A stretch of DNA of 64,000 bases from positions 1-64,000 of the IMG/VR virus record IMGVR_UViG_3300002042_000001. One strand, written 5' to 3'. The notes under the pieces were generated by a model that was given only the letters and a program-made list of their open reading frames with translations, searched no databases and was not told where the DNA came from. The DNA comes from a virus. Each line of letters starts with the position of its first letter. Position 1 is the stretch's first letter. The position numbers and the translations under genes were made by a program. Positions 30,884 through 39,659 of this stretch are shown here, piece after piece.

Positions 30884-32125
30884 TCACCCCTTAATATTGA
30901 TTACCTGTCGCAGCGTGTGTAAAATTTCAACCAGATCGGGTTGCGCACCCATCACTGAGTCGATATCTTTGTACGCGCTCGGTGTTTCGTCGAGGGTACT
31001 TGCGTCTGCTCGCGTCTCGATACCTTCAAGCGCTGCCGCATGGTCTTCCACAGAAACTTTACGCTTCGCTTCAGACCGAGACATAACTCGACCAGCACCA
31101 TGACTACAACTATGGAAGCTGTCAGTATTTCCCAAACCCCGAACGATGAACGACTTTGCTCCCATACTACCAGGAATAATTCCCAAATCTCCTTCTCTTG
31201 CACGAACGGCTCCTTTCCTTGTCACCCATACATTCTCACCATAGTGGTGTTCGCGTGTCGCATAGTTGTGGTGACAGTTGATAGCGACCGCCTTGCTTGT
31301 AAACGGTTGTTTGATCGTGTCGCGCATAGCCATAAGTGTATTACGCATCATAATTTCACGGTTCAAAGCTGCGAAGTCTTGGCCCCAAGTCATCGCTTCG
31401 ACGTAATCATCAAACATTTCGGTATGCTCGACCAGATACGCCAAATCACGATCTGGCAGGTAATGGTCAAGATGCCAATGTTCAGCTTCGCGCTTTGCAG
31501 CGTTAATGAAATTCGTTCCGATACGGTTACCGACACCACGCGAACCAGAGTGAAGCATTACCCACACCCAACCTTCTTCGTCGAGACACACTTCAACGAA
31601 GTGGTTTCCACCACCAAGAGTGCCCAAGTGATGCGCGGTGTTTTGCAAACCGAGCTTCGGATATTTCTCAAGAATTTTGTCATATCGATCAGATAGCTTT
31701 TTGTTCCATTCTGAAGCGACGTGATTAGGTAGAGTACCCCAAGCACCACGGTCGATACCTTGTTTGCCGTTACCTGTGCGACCATGAGGAACCTTACGCT
31801 CAATCGCTGCGCGAATATGACCCAAACTATCGGGAAGATGCTCAGCGCGTAATGTCGTTTGTACAGCCATCATACCACAGCCGATATCAACACCGACCGC
31901 TGATGGAATAATTGCGCCTTTGGTTGCTACAACACTACCGACACAAGCCCCGTAGCCAAGGTGCACATCTGGCATGCCGGCAACATGTTTGTGAATGAAA
32001 GGTAGTGATGCAACATTTTGTAGCTGCTTAATCGCATTCTCGTCAAACTCCCGATGCGAATCCCAAAGCTTGAGGTTTTTCCCACCAAGCGGGTTCTGTC
32101 TATATGAATACATTTGCTCTGTCAT
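30884..32125 (-). CDS. rtcB: RtcB RNA ligase (3'-phosphate/5'-hydroxyl)
   Basis: DIGCGM, HSGSRG.GN, INCHHNY, GSMG, HGAGR motifs; TAATG-coupled ATG 32125. Confidence 0.9.
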   Translation of the reverse strand: MTEQMYSYRQNPLGGKNLKLWDSHREFDENAIKQLQNVASLPFIHKHVAGMPDVHLGYGACVGSVVATKGAIIPSAVGVDIGCGMMAVQTTLRAEHLPDSLGHIRAAIERKVPHGRTGNGKQGIDRGAWGTLPNHVASEWNKKLSDRYDKILEKYPKLGLQNTAHHLGTLGGGNHFVEVCLDEEGWVWVMLHSGSRGVGNRIGTNFINAAKREAEHWHLDHYLPDRDLAYLVEHTEMFDDYVEAMTWGQDFAALNREIMMRNTLMAMRDTIKQPFTSKAVAINCHHNYATREHHYGENVWVTRKGAVRAREGDLGIIPGSMGAKSFIVRGLGNTDSFHSCSHGAGRVMSRSEAKRKVSVEDHAAALEGIETRADASTLDETPSAYKDIDSVMGAQPDLVEILHTLRQVINIKG

Positions 32126-33126
32126 TAGCTTAGACCATCTTTGCTCATTCTGGTCAGATACCACTCTTTCGCTTTCTGCGAAATTGGCTTCGAGATTTCT
32201 TTCTTCTCGTAAGGAAGCGCGGCGATAGTGTCACCTTCTTCCTTCATAATATCTGCGAAGACCCACTTCAGGAAGTCACCTATGTAGCGCATTTCCAATT
32301 CACCACCTTTATCGAGAACAGCTTCTTGCAAACCTTGCTCTAAACGGCTCTCTGTGACGAATGTATCGACCACGTTGTTGATACCTTCAATATGCTCAAT
32401 ATCGACCTTAGCGAGCTTTGAGACGCGACTAGAGCTATGCTTCTCACCCTTTACCTTGAACCAGTAATCGCTCGACAACCAGTCGTCGTCAACGCACTTC
32501 CAAACAATACCTTCCCCGACACCATCGGCGATACCGAAGTGTTTGGCGACCGGACACTCAGCCTCGATCTTCAGCGTAAGGTCAGCCATCTTATTCTGCA
32601 CAAGGTGCGGATTATTGAAATCGATCTGCACCGCAAACATTGGGAAGTCAACGATCAGATAGATATTCGCCTCTTCACGAGCGGTAAGCGGCATGATCGG
32701 TTTCCACTCGTCGTTGATGCGCAAGGCGAAAACCATAAACATCTTCGCCAATTCGCTGATACCAACCGCCTTCTGGATGCCTTCACCACACCACTCGCCA
32801 TAGACCGTGATACGATCTTCATTGGTGCAATCGAATTGTTCACGAATTTCACCGATAAGCCACATAACCGACTTTTCATTTTCGGACATGTGCTTAGCGA
32901 ATCCGGCGTGATCGTCGCCTGGAACAAGTACACGGTTCTTCGACCGATATTCGATCTGGTCATCGCGAACCTGAATAGAAGCATTAGTACCGTGCAGCTT
33001 CACCGTACCGTGAAAGGTAAGCGTCGGTAGTGGTTTCTCATGGTACTTACAATGCTCGCGCACCTGTCGCACCGCGTTACGAAACTGACCGATAGAAGGC
33101 ATTTTATTTTTTACATTTGTCATCAC
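32125..33126 (-). CDS. ATP-dependent RNA ligase (Rnl2 / DRB0094-like nucleotidyltransferase)
   Basis: motif I KLHGTN, VYGEWCG, EGIVWK, FKVKGEKH. Confidence 0.75.
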   Translation of the reverse strand: MMTNVKNKMPSIGQFRNAVRQVREHCKYHEKPLPTLTFHGTVKLHGTNASIQVRDDQIEYRSKNRVLVPGDDHAGFAKHMSENEKSVMWLIGEIREQFDCTNEDRITVYGEWCGEGIQKAVGISELAKMFMVFALRINDEWKPIMPLTAREEANIYLIVDFPMFAVQIDFNNPHLVQNKMADLTLKIEAECPVAKHFGIADGVGEGIVWKCVDDDWLSSDYWFKVKGEKHSSSRVSKLAKVDIEHIEGINNVVDTFVTESRLEQGLQEAVLDKGGELEMRYIGDFLKWVFADIMKEEGDTIAALPYEKKEISKPISQKAKEWYLTRMSKDGLS

Positions 33127-33326
33127 ATGATTCCCGAATCGTCGAAAGTGTATTTGTTCGGTATAGCGTGTTCATCACCTTTTGCAAAGATGGCTTTACC
33201 GCCTTCAGACAGCATAGACTGCGCCCTGTAATCCCAATAGCGATGATAGAAGTCTGGTTTACCCCATACCTTTACTGCGTTCCAGTAACGGTCATCTTTG
33301 AAACCTATGAAGTGAATACAGCACAT
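33123..33326 (-). CDS. hypothetical protein
   Basis: ORF track 67 aa. Confidence 0.55.
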   Translation of the reverse strand: MCCIHFIGFKDDRYWNAVKVWGKPDFYHRYWDYRAQSMLSEGGKAIFAKGDEHAIPNKYTFDDSGIM

Positions 33327-33335
33327 TCATGCTGA

Positions 33336-33827
33336 TTAGCGCACAAAGAACCGATTGTAAATAGGATTGAGCAAAGAAGTAATCGTACAGAAAGAAGTTT
33401 CATGCGGTGGCTTATGATGCGACCAGTGGTCTTTTCGCGAAAGTAGAATTCGACGATCTTGCAACCAAGCGACAACCTTCGGCGGTTTAGATAAATGCGA
33501 CCAATAGTGTGTTTGATTTCCCATGCTGCCAGCTAACCACGCCGAAACCAGTAAGGTGCTTGGTCCGAATATCAGCAGAAGCGGGAATGCAACAACGCTA
33601 GCCGCAGCAATAGTGGTTCCATTGCGAGACCAAAAACCAGCATCCATCATAGCCATTGGCTCTGCATGGTGCAGTTGATTTGGTTTAATAATCGCGTCAT
33701 CAAACCACTTAACGCCAGTTAAATCGGTATTATCCTCAATGTAATGTACAACACCAGAAAGAAAATCAGCCAGTAAAATTCCTGATATTACTTGTGCTAT
33801 GAACAATATTAGCTCGATCATTTTCAA
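33336..33827 (-). CDS. CarF/TMEM189(PEDS1)-like membrane lipid desaturase domain protein
   Basis: His boxes: DFLSGVVHYIED, QLHHAEP, THYWSH, DHWSHHKPPH...FC; multiple TM segments. Confidence 0.6.
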   Translation of the reverse strand: MKMIELILFIAQVISGILLADFLSGVVHYIEDNTDLTGVKWFDDAIIKPNQLHHAEPMAMMDAGFWSRNGTTIAAASVVAFPLLLIFGPSTLLVSAWLAGSMGNQTHYWSHLSKPPKVVAWLQDRRILLSRKDHWSHHKPPHETSFCTITSLLNPIYNRFFVR

Positions 33828-34260
33828 AATCCAATTCTACTACTTCAACGTTAGCCTCGTCGAACATCATTCTACCAGCTTCCATGGATTCCTTCCACCT
33901 AAAATCGTCACTTATCGGAAGACATACCTGCCGAGTGATTCCGGCTTGAACAATGTGGGCTGCGCACCTGTCACAAGAACCACCAATGCAGTTAATGTAA
34001 ATAGTACAACCATCAACCGGACCGCGAGCATTCAATATAGCATTAAGCTCTGCATGAACCACACGCGAAAGCTTAGTAGCCCGGTCTGCATACACTTCCG
34101 GCGAGTCATCGCAACCACGAGGAAAGCCATTATAACCAATCGAGGCTATAGTGCGATCTGGTCTAACAATTACAGCACCAACTTTCAAAGATGGGTCTTT
34201 AGACCAAAGAGAAACATGCTCAGCAGTTTCCATGAAGCGTTTATCCCATTTATCAATCAT
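33766..34260 (-). CDS. dCMP deaminase
   Basis: VHAELNAI and C..CDRC zinc motifs. Confidence 0.85.
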   Translation of the reverse strand: MIDKWDKRFMETAEHVSLWSKDPSLKVGAVIVRPDRTIASIGYNGFPRGCDDSPEVYADRATKLSRVVHAELNAILNARGPVDGCTIYINCIGGSCDRCAAHIVQAGITRQVCLPISDDFRWKESMEAGRMMFDEANVEVVELDFENDRANIVHSTSNIRNFTG

Positions 34261-34574
34261 AGTATCTGCCTAAATTCGATTGCCTTACCAAGTGCGGAAT
34301 AGTGGTCGATTGCCTGTTGCATACCGCCGCTGATTCCTCTGTCGGTGTATACCGCTATCATATCAGCTTGGTGACCCCAATATAAGCCGGCAGCGATACC
34401 CTTGTCTCGCTCAGCCTGAATATCATCGTCGAGAATGCCTTTCTGCGTATAAATCAAATGTGAAGCAATCGGAGCCTCACCAAGAGACAGCGAGTGAGCC
34501 ATACACTTGCGAGCGTACTCGATATTTTCTTCAACTTCACCCGCGAACGGGCTTTCCAACATTACTAATTTCAT
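34257..34574 (-). CDS. hypothetical protein, possibly nucleoside 2-deoxyribosyltransferase-like
   Basis: ESPFAG...GEAPIASHLIYTQ...YTDRGISGGM pattern (recalled, unverified). Confidence 0.4.
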   Translation of the reverse strand: MKLVMLESPFAGEVEENIEYARKCMAHSLSLGEAPIASHLIYTQKGILDDDIQAERDKGIAAGLYWGHQADMIAVYTDRGISGGMQQAIDHYSALGKAIEFRQIL

Positions 34575-35209
34575 TGTACCATCCTTGCTTCAACGTCTCT
34601 GTACTGACCATCGGGCATTACCACTGTAGCAGTATCTCGACTATAATTCTCATATATAACAGGGCAATATGTATCGTCAACAGTGGACATTGTTCTGGCT
34701 GGCGCACCCGCTGGTCCAAGCTCGACACGTTCCGGCACCCTTGCGGTTTTTAATACCACAAATTTAGGGTTCTCTAACGAAACGCCGTGCTTAACCATCG
34801 GTGTCAACTGTTCTATCGTAAATGGCAACCTTTGCGCCCATTCACGCAGCGGTTTACCTTTGTACTCCCAATCCGGTGGTCTGCGAGTGCGACGCTCAGC
34901 GTCTTTCTGCATTTCTTGCGCATAGCGAGCGGCGTCTAGTTGGTGTTGCATTAGCTCACTTTGCTCGTGAGCTTGATTAACTTCCGCTTCGTGCGTCTCT
35001 TCGAGTATAGCGACGACATTCACACCATCAGGGTAGAGTGAATGTATCACTTCGTCGGCGTAGAACCAACCATCCCAAATAATCTCACCAGACTCCTTAT
35101 GCTCGCGCCACACCACAACAGCAAAACCTGGGTCTTCCTTTATGCGGGCGCAATGCTGCTTACCGTCTTTGTGAGATTTCTTGGGCGGATATTCCTTATA
35201 GGTTTTCAT
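34571..35209 (-). CDS. hypothetical protein
   Basis: ORF track 212 aa. Confidence 0.6.
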   Translation of the reverse strand: MKTYKEYPPKKSHKDGKQHCARIKEDPGFAVVVWREHKESGEIIWDGWFYADEVIHSLYPDGVNVVAILEETHEAEVNQAHEQSELMQHQLDAARYAQEMQKDAERRTRRPPDWEYKGKPLREWAQRLPFTIEQLTPMVKHGVSLENPKFVVLKTARVPERVELGPAGAPARTMSTVDDTYCPVIYENYSRDTATVVMPDGQYRDVEARMVQ

Positions 35210-35457
35210 CAGCCAAGCTTAGTCATTTTCAGATTGGAAATGAGAGAGTCCAATTCATCTTCGTGAAAATTCTCAAACAACTCCCATACCTCTTCTTCGT
35301 TTTGCTCAGGAAATTCCACGCAAGCACGAAGCTGGTGGTCTTCTTCCTTGTTCCAGACCTGAACGATCATAACGAATTCTTCTCTTTCGTCGAAGCAAAG
35401 GTAAGCTAAAGCCTGACCAAAGGGCATGTCGAAGGTTCGAGCGAATTGTCTGCTCAT
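35209..35457 (-). CDS. acidic hypothetical protein
   Basis: ORF track 82 aa. Confidence 0.55.
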   Translation of the reverse strand: MSRQFARTFDMPFGQALAYLCFDEREEFVMIVQVWNKEEDHQLRACVEFPEQNEEEVWELFENFHEDELDSLISNLKMTKLG

Positions 35458-36614
35458 GTCGTACGCTCGTGGTCGTGAAATTGCGTCACAACACCGAAGC
35501 GTGGTTTTGGTATGTCGGTGTCTGTATAACCGAAATAGCGCACTGTAACGACGCTGTGGTCTTCCTGTAGCAATTCTACACCGCGATCATAGCTTCCGCG
35601 AATACCAGCACCGAAAATGTTGGTTTCCTTTTCGAAGTCAGGTCCGTTTGATCGGTCGGCGCCAGGAAGCCAACACCAGGCTTTCTTCGCAGCGCCAGCC
35701 CAATTACCCGTACCTTCATCCAGACGGACTAGATCGAATTCAGCGTCATCAAAATCTTTGCGCTTCTGAAGCGACTTCGACCGAGACTGCTTGTACGGCG
35801 CGTCGAGACGTAGCATAGAACCTTCGTAGCCCAACTGAATAGCTTGAGCGTGACAGTCATCAAAATGCTTCGCGCTTTGCAATGTGTAGGTTGGAACGAA
35901 TTGAATGGCGCTACCGCATTCATACGGCGCACTGGTTTCACTACCGATAAAGAAGTCATCGAGCCAATCTTTACGCTGGGAGAAGTCACCAGTGTTCGAG
36001 GGAACATCATAAATATGATATTGAGCGATCTCAACGATCTCAGCTTGACGCTCTTCATCTGGATTCGCTTTTTTCAACGCCGACATAAGTTCGCCAAAGC
36101 GGTCACGATAGTCGTGATTGTAAAGCTCACCATCAAGAACCAGATCAGGCTCAGCTTCAAACGCTGGCGCGAGACCTTGAATAATGTGTGGGCAACTGGT
36201 GATCGGTTTACCCTGCCGACTGAACATTCCTTCGGCGGTCATAACACAACGCATACCATCAAGCTTCGGTTGCATGAACATCGGCTTGGACCAATCGGTC
36301 TTTTTCGGTTCATACTTCGCAGCGAGCATAGGTTTATAGTAATGCGCACCACCTTTAGCGGCTTCAGGTGTCGTATGATACTCACGCGTCAGCTTGTGCT
36401 TGTAACCAGCAGCTACTTCAAATTCTGCTTGCTCTTCAGCACTGCGTTCATTCGACCGACCAACATTTGTTGGCTCTGCTTGTGTCCACTCGGATTCAAC
36501 CAGCGAACCGCCATCAATACCGGCGATTGTGCGATAGCGTGAACCATCAATTTCCATGAACCATACGCGCAGCTTACCTTTGCTGTCGTACTTGTAAGTC
36601 TTATCTTTAATCAT
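35454..36614 (-). CDS. ATP-dependent DNA ligase
   Basis: motif I KLDGMR; size 386 aa; ATGA coupling. Confidence 0.85.
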   Translation of the reverse strand: MIKDKTYKYDSKGKLRVWFMEIDGSRYRTIAGIDGGSLVESEWTQAEPTNVGRSNERSAEEQAEFEVAAGYKHKLTREYHTTPEAAKGGAHYYKPMLAAKYEPKKTDWSKPMFMQPKLDGMRCVMTAEGMFSRQGKPITSCPHIIQGLAPAFEAEPDLVLDGELYNHDYRDRFGELMSALKKANPDEERQAEIVEIAQYHIYDVPSNTGDFSQRKDWLDDFFIGSETSAPYECGSAIQFVPTYTLQSAKHFDDCHAQAIQLGYEGSMLRLDAPYKQSRSKSLQKRKDFDDAEFDLVRLDEGTGNWAGAAKKAWCWLPGADRSNGPDFEKETNIFGAGIRGSYDRGVELLQEDHSVVTVRYFGYTDTDIPKPRFGVVTQFHDHERTT

Positions 36615-36623
36615 AACGATTCC

Positions 36624-36959
36624 TTATTCGGTTTCGCTATTATCTAGCACCGTGTTCTGACAAACGCTAGCGGGTTCTTCTTGCTCCACCGTCTCTTTGA
36701 CGCAGTTGTAAAACTGCCGCAACAGGTTGAAGTTAACCGCCAGAATGCCGTATTCTTTGGTGACGCTTACGTTATCGACCGCAAGCTCGCCCATATCACC
36801 CGTCTGTAGGTTCGGCAACTTCTTCGGGGGTTGGTCGAGCGCTGACGGGATGGGTGGTATCGATTGCTTCGTTGACGGTGGCACGTCCAGTGTTAATGGA
36901 CTCGCGCACGCTGTCAGAAACAACGCACTGCTGATAAATAGGGTCGTTAGCAATTTCAT
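36624..36959 (-). CDS. proline-rich lipoprotein, o-spanin-like
   Basis: MKLLTTLFISSALFLTAC lipobox; starts inside 36796-37293 and ends beyond it. Confidence 0.5.
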   Translation of the reverse strand: MKLLTTLFISSALFLTACASPLTLDVPPSTKQSIPPIPSALDQPPKKLPNLQTGDMGELAVDNVSVTKEYGILAVNFNLLRQFYNCVKETVEQEEPASVCQNTVLDNSETE

Positions 36960-37293
36960 CTTGAATGTTCCTTATGATTGGTTCGAAGGAGACGTTTACT
37001 TCAGCCTCGCGAATGGTTGCAATGTGATCGAAAGCAATATTCATTGCCGCGAGTTGGTTGTTCTTCTCGGTAACCTCTGCGTTCGCTCGGTTGATAGCTT
37101 CGGTGTATTCCTTTTCAGCTTCATCAAAACCGGCTTTTTCGGACACTTCGACTAGGTTGTCGCGCCACTTATCGAATTGATAGTAGCCGAAACCGACCGC
37201 ACCAGCGAGCAATACACCATAGATCAGGTACTTGTTACCGCTTGCGAAAGCTTTTGTTGCAGCCCATGCTGTACCGATTGTCAAAAATGCCAT
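36796..37293 (-). CDS. N-terminal TM + coiled-coil protein, i-spanin-like
   Basis: TM LIYGVLLAGAVGFGYYQF then charged helical region; overlapped by lipoprotein gene. Confidence 0.5.
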   Translation of the reverse strand: MAFLTIGTAWAATKAFASGNKYLIYGVLLAGAVGFGYYQFDKWRDNLVEVSEKAGFDEAEKEYTEAINRANAEVTEKNNQLAAMNIAFDHIATIREAEVNVSFEPIIRNIQDEIANDPIYQQCVVSDSVRESINTGRATVNEAIDTTHPVSARPTPEEVAEPTDG

Positions 37294-38012
37294 TATCTGC
37301 TTACTCCGCTCGTTTTCTTTATGCGCGTCCAGTCATCGCGACTTAACAGACCTTTCTTCACATAGTCAAACACTCTTTCAGCCGAAATAAATCGAGACGC
37401 GTTGATTATATGTGCGTCATCTGCGGGAATGCTTGCCCCTGACTCGCGGTTAATCTCACGCGCATCGCGACCGCGAATGTCAGCCAGGATATTGGGGTAA
37501 TGCTTGGTATGCTGGGGTGGACCGTTTCGCGTTGACATGCTCTTGCCGTATAATTGTATTTCGCGCCAGCTTGCGCGATCTTCCGGTTCTGCGATCAGGA
37601 ATAATTTCAAATCTGCTTCCGGCACAACATTACGACCAACGTCGCGACCATCTAATACACAACCACCATCGCGACTAGCCCATAGCGCGATCATTTCATC
37701 GACCCATTCACGCGACTTACCATCACATGATATAATGCTCGCCGTGCGACTTGTGCGTTCGGTTCGAAGGTCTTTATGGTCTTGTGTGTTCAAGGGGAAA
37801 TCTTCGTCTGCCAGAAGGTCGAATACCTCGGCGCGAATTTCATCTTCGGTCAACAAAACCTCAACCGGACCCTCTACACGTTCGTTCAAACGAACAGCAA
37901 GACAGCGCCAAATAGAACCAGTATCAAGCACAGGATAATTCAGGTATTCACCAAGCGCTTTCGCGAGTGAACCTTTGCCGCTGGCTGATAAACCGTCTAC
38001 CGTGATAATCAA
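37293..38012 (-). CDS. cmk: cytidylate kinase-like (d)CMP kinase
   Basis: ITVDGLSASGKGS, LDTGSIWR, DGRDVG, RGRDAREINRE motifs. Confidence 0.75.
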   Translation of the reverse strand: MIITVDGLSASGKGSLAKALGEYLNYPVLDTGSIWRCLAVRLNERVEGPVEVLLTEDEIRAEVFDLLADEDFPLNTQDHKDLRTERTSRTASIISCDGKSREWVDEMIALWASRDGGCVLDGRDVGRNVVPEADLKLFLIAEPEDRASWREIQLYGKSMSTRNGPPQHTKHYPNILADIRGRDAREINRESGASIPADDAHIINASRFISAERVFDYVKKGLLSRDDWTRIKKTSGVSR

Positions 38013-38497
38013 TTGATACTCCTGTTATCCAATACAAGCGCAGGCACTTGTAATTCAAATATCGTCGATAGGTCGATTAAACTATTTCGAATGGTATTTG
38101 CAAGGGCTATTTGGTCCGATGTATGATGCTGAGCATTCAATTCTAATAGATCGGAGCGAGTGAATTGAAACACCGGACCAAATTCGTTGTGTGCGTTTAA
38201 TGCGTTAGTGAGCTTGGTAACCAGATCAGCTACGGTCGCTAGAGCAATATCCGCATCAGAAGTTTCTTCTTCGGGTTCGTAATTCTCAGAAGCACCGCCA
38301 TGGATTAGACTTTCAAATACCGGAACCAGCGCATCGCGATCTTCATCTTTCATAATTTTCATTATAGCTTCTGCACGAATAACATGCTGACCAGCTAATT
38401 CCATAAGCTGCTCGCGTTCTGTACCAGTATCATTCAGAAGATCGGCATCGAGAGCTTCCATAGCGTCTTTGTACTTAACCGGATAATCACCAGCCAT
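38009..38497 (-). CDS. acidic hypothetical protein
   Basis: ORF track 162 aa. Confidence 0.6.
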   Translation of the reverse strand: MAGDYPVKYKDAMEALDADLLNDTGTEREQLMELAGQHVIRAEAIMKIMKDEDRDALVPVFESLIHGGASENYEPEEETSDADIALATVADLVTKLTNALNAHNEFGPVFQFTRSDLLELNAQHHTSDQIALANTIRNSLIDLSTIFELQVPALVLDNRSIN

Positions 38498-39023
38498 AAA
38501 TAGTCCTTATCTCTTCGTAAACCAGTTGCAAGGACATATAGAAAACACCCAAGTCACTGTTGTTGTGAATAGTGAAGTCGATCAGACTTTCGTCAAACTG
38601 GTCGAAACCATTGCATGACTCAAGCTTGCGATCATTTTGAATGCGAACGACAACACCGCCAACATCTTTGATTGCTTGACCTTGCTTCATGCGAATTGAG
38701 CCGAATGACGCTGGACCATCGTTGTTCATATTTTCGATAGCACGTTCGACCCAATAATTCTTACCGTATTTTGCCTCGTACTCTTCACCTAAAGTACCCA
38801 TGGCTTCTCTCACGGAAATAATTTGACCATACGCAGGAATCAAAGAGGACTTCCCTTCTTGCGTATAAACATCATCTTCGGTGAGGTTGAATTCAGACAT
38901 AGATAGGCGGCGAAGCTCTTCTGAATCGTCGAGCTTCGCAACACCATATTCCGATTGTAGGTAATCCTGCGCGGTTGATTTACCGTGCTGCGGAAAACCG
39001 CAAAAGCCAATAACTTTCTTCAC
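38487..39023 (-). CDS. deoxynucleoside monophosphate kinase-like P-loop protein
   Basis: GFPQHGKST Walker A; T4 gp1-like layout (recalled). Confidence 0.6.
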   Translation of the reverse strand: MKKVIGFCGFPQHGKSTAQDYLQSEYGVAKLDDSEELRRLSMSEFNLTEDDVYTQEGKSSLIPAYGQIISVREAMGTLGEEYEAKYGKNYWVERAIENMNNDGPASFGSIRMKQGQAIKDVGGVVVRIQNDRKLESCNGFDQFDESLIDFTIHNNSDLGVFYMSLQLVYEEIRTIYGW

Positions 39024-39029
39024 TGGTGA

Positions 39030-39308
39030 TTACTCAACCAGTTTCGCAAGGTTACCTTTGACTTTCGCTGCTGTAGCGCTTTCAGCCAGTTGCGAAGCGC
39101 GACGATCTTGCAAAGACACAATGCTTTGCTCGGTACGTTCTGCTGCGGCTGCATTGCGAGCTTCGACTTTTTCGAGCTTCGCGAGCGCTTTATTGATGAC
39201 GCTCAATGCGCCTTGAACCGTACCGGCATTGCGAACGCAATTCAGGCGGTTGATTAGTGGTGTGCGCTGAAGGAGAATAACCCCCATTGCGCTCATTAGT
39301 TCAAGCAT
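39030..39308 (-). CDS. hypothetical protein
   Basis: ORF track 92 aa. Confidence 0.55.
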   Translation of the reverse strand: MLELMSAMGVILLQRTPLINRLNCVRNAGTVQGALSVINKALAKLEKVEARNAAAAERTEQSIVSLQDRRASQLAESATAAKVKGNLAKLVE

Positions 39309-39374
39309 ATTTATTCACTCCGTTTTCGTTTCGTTACCAACTTACTAGCAAGTGATTAACGAGAACGCAAGAGC

Positions 39375-39659
39375 TTATTTACGCTTTAGAGCGGCGATTA
39401 GCATTTCCCTATCTTCGTCAGACAGCTTTTCTTCGTTACGAAGAATACCAAGCAATGGCTTAGGTAAACGGTTGATGACTTTCTGTTGACGTTCCAGCAA
39501 TTCAACGATCTGCTTCTCTTCGGCAAGAATGATGCTCGCCGCAAGTACGTCGCTGATGCGGAAGCTATGCTTCTTCGCAAGCTCTTGAACCTGCGCCCAA
39601 GACTCTGCTGATACTTTCGTTGTGACTGTTTTCAGCTGTAATGGAATTGGTAGTTTCAT
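39375..39659 (-). CDS. hypothetical protein
   Basis: ORF track 94 aa. Confidence 0.55.
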   Translation of the reverse strand: MKLPIPLQLKTVTTKVSAESWAQVQELAKKHSFRISDVLAASIILAEEKQIVELLERQQKVINRLPKPLLGILRNEEKLSDEDREMLIAALKRK

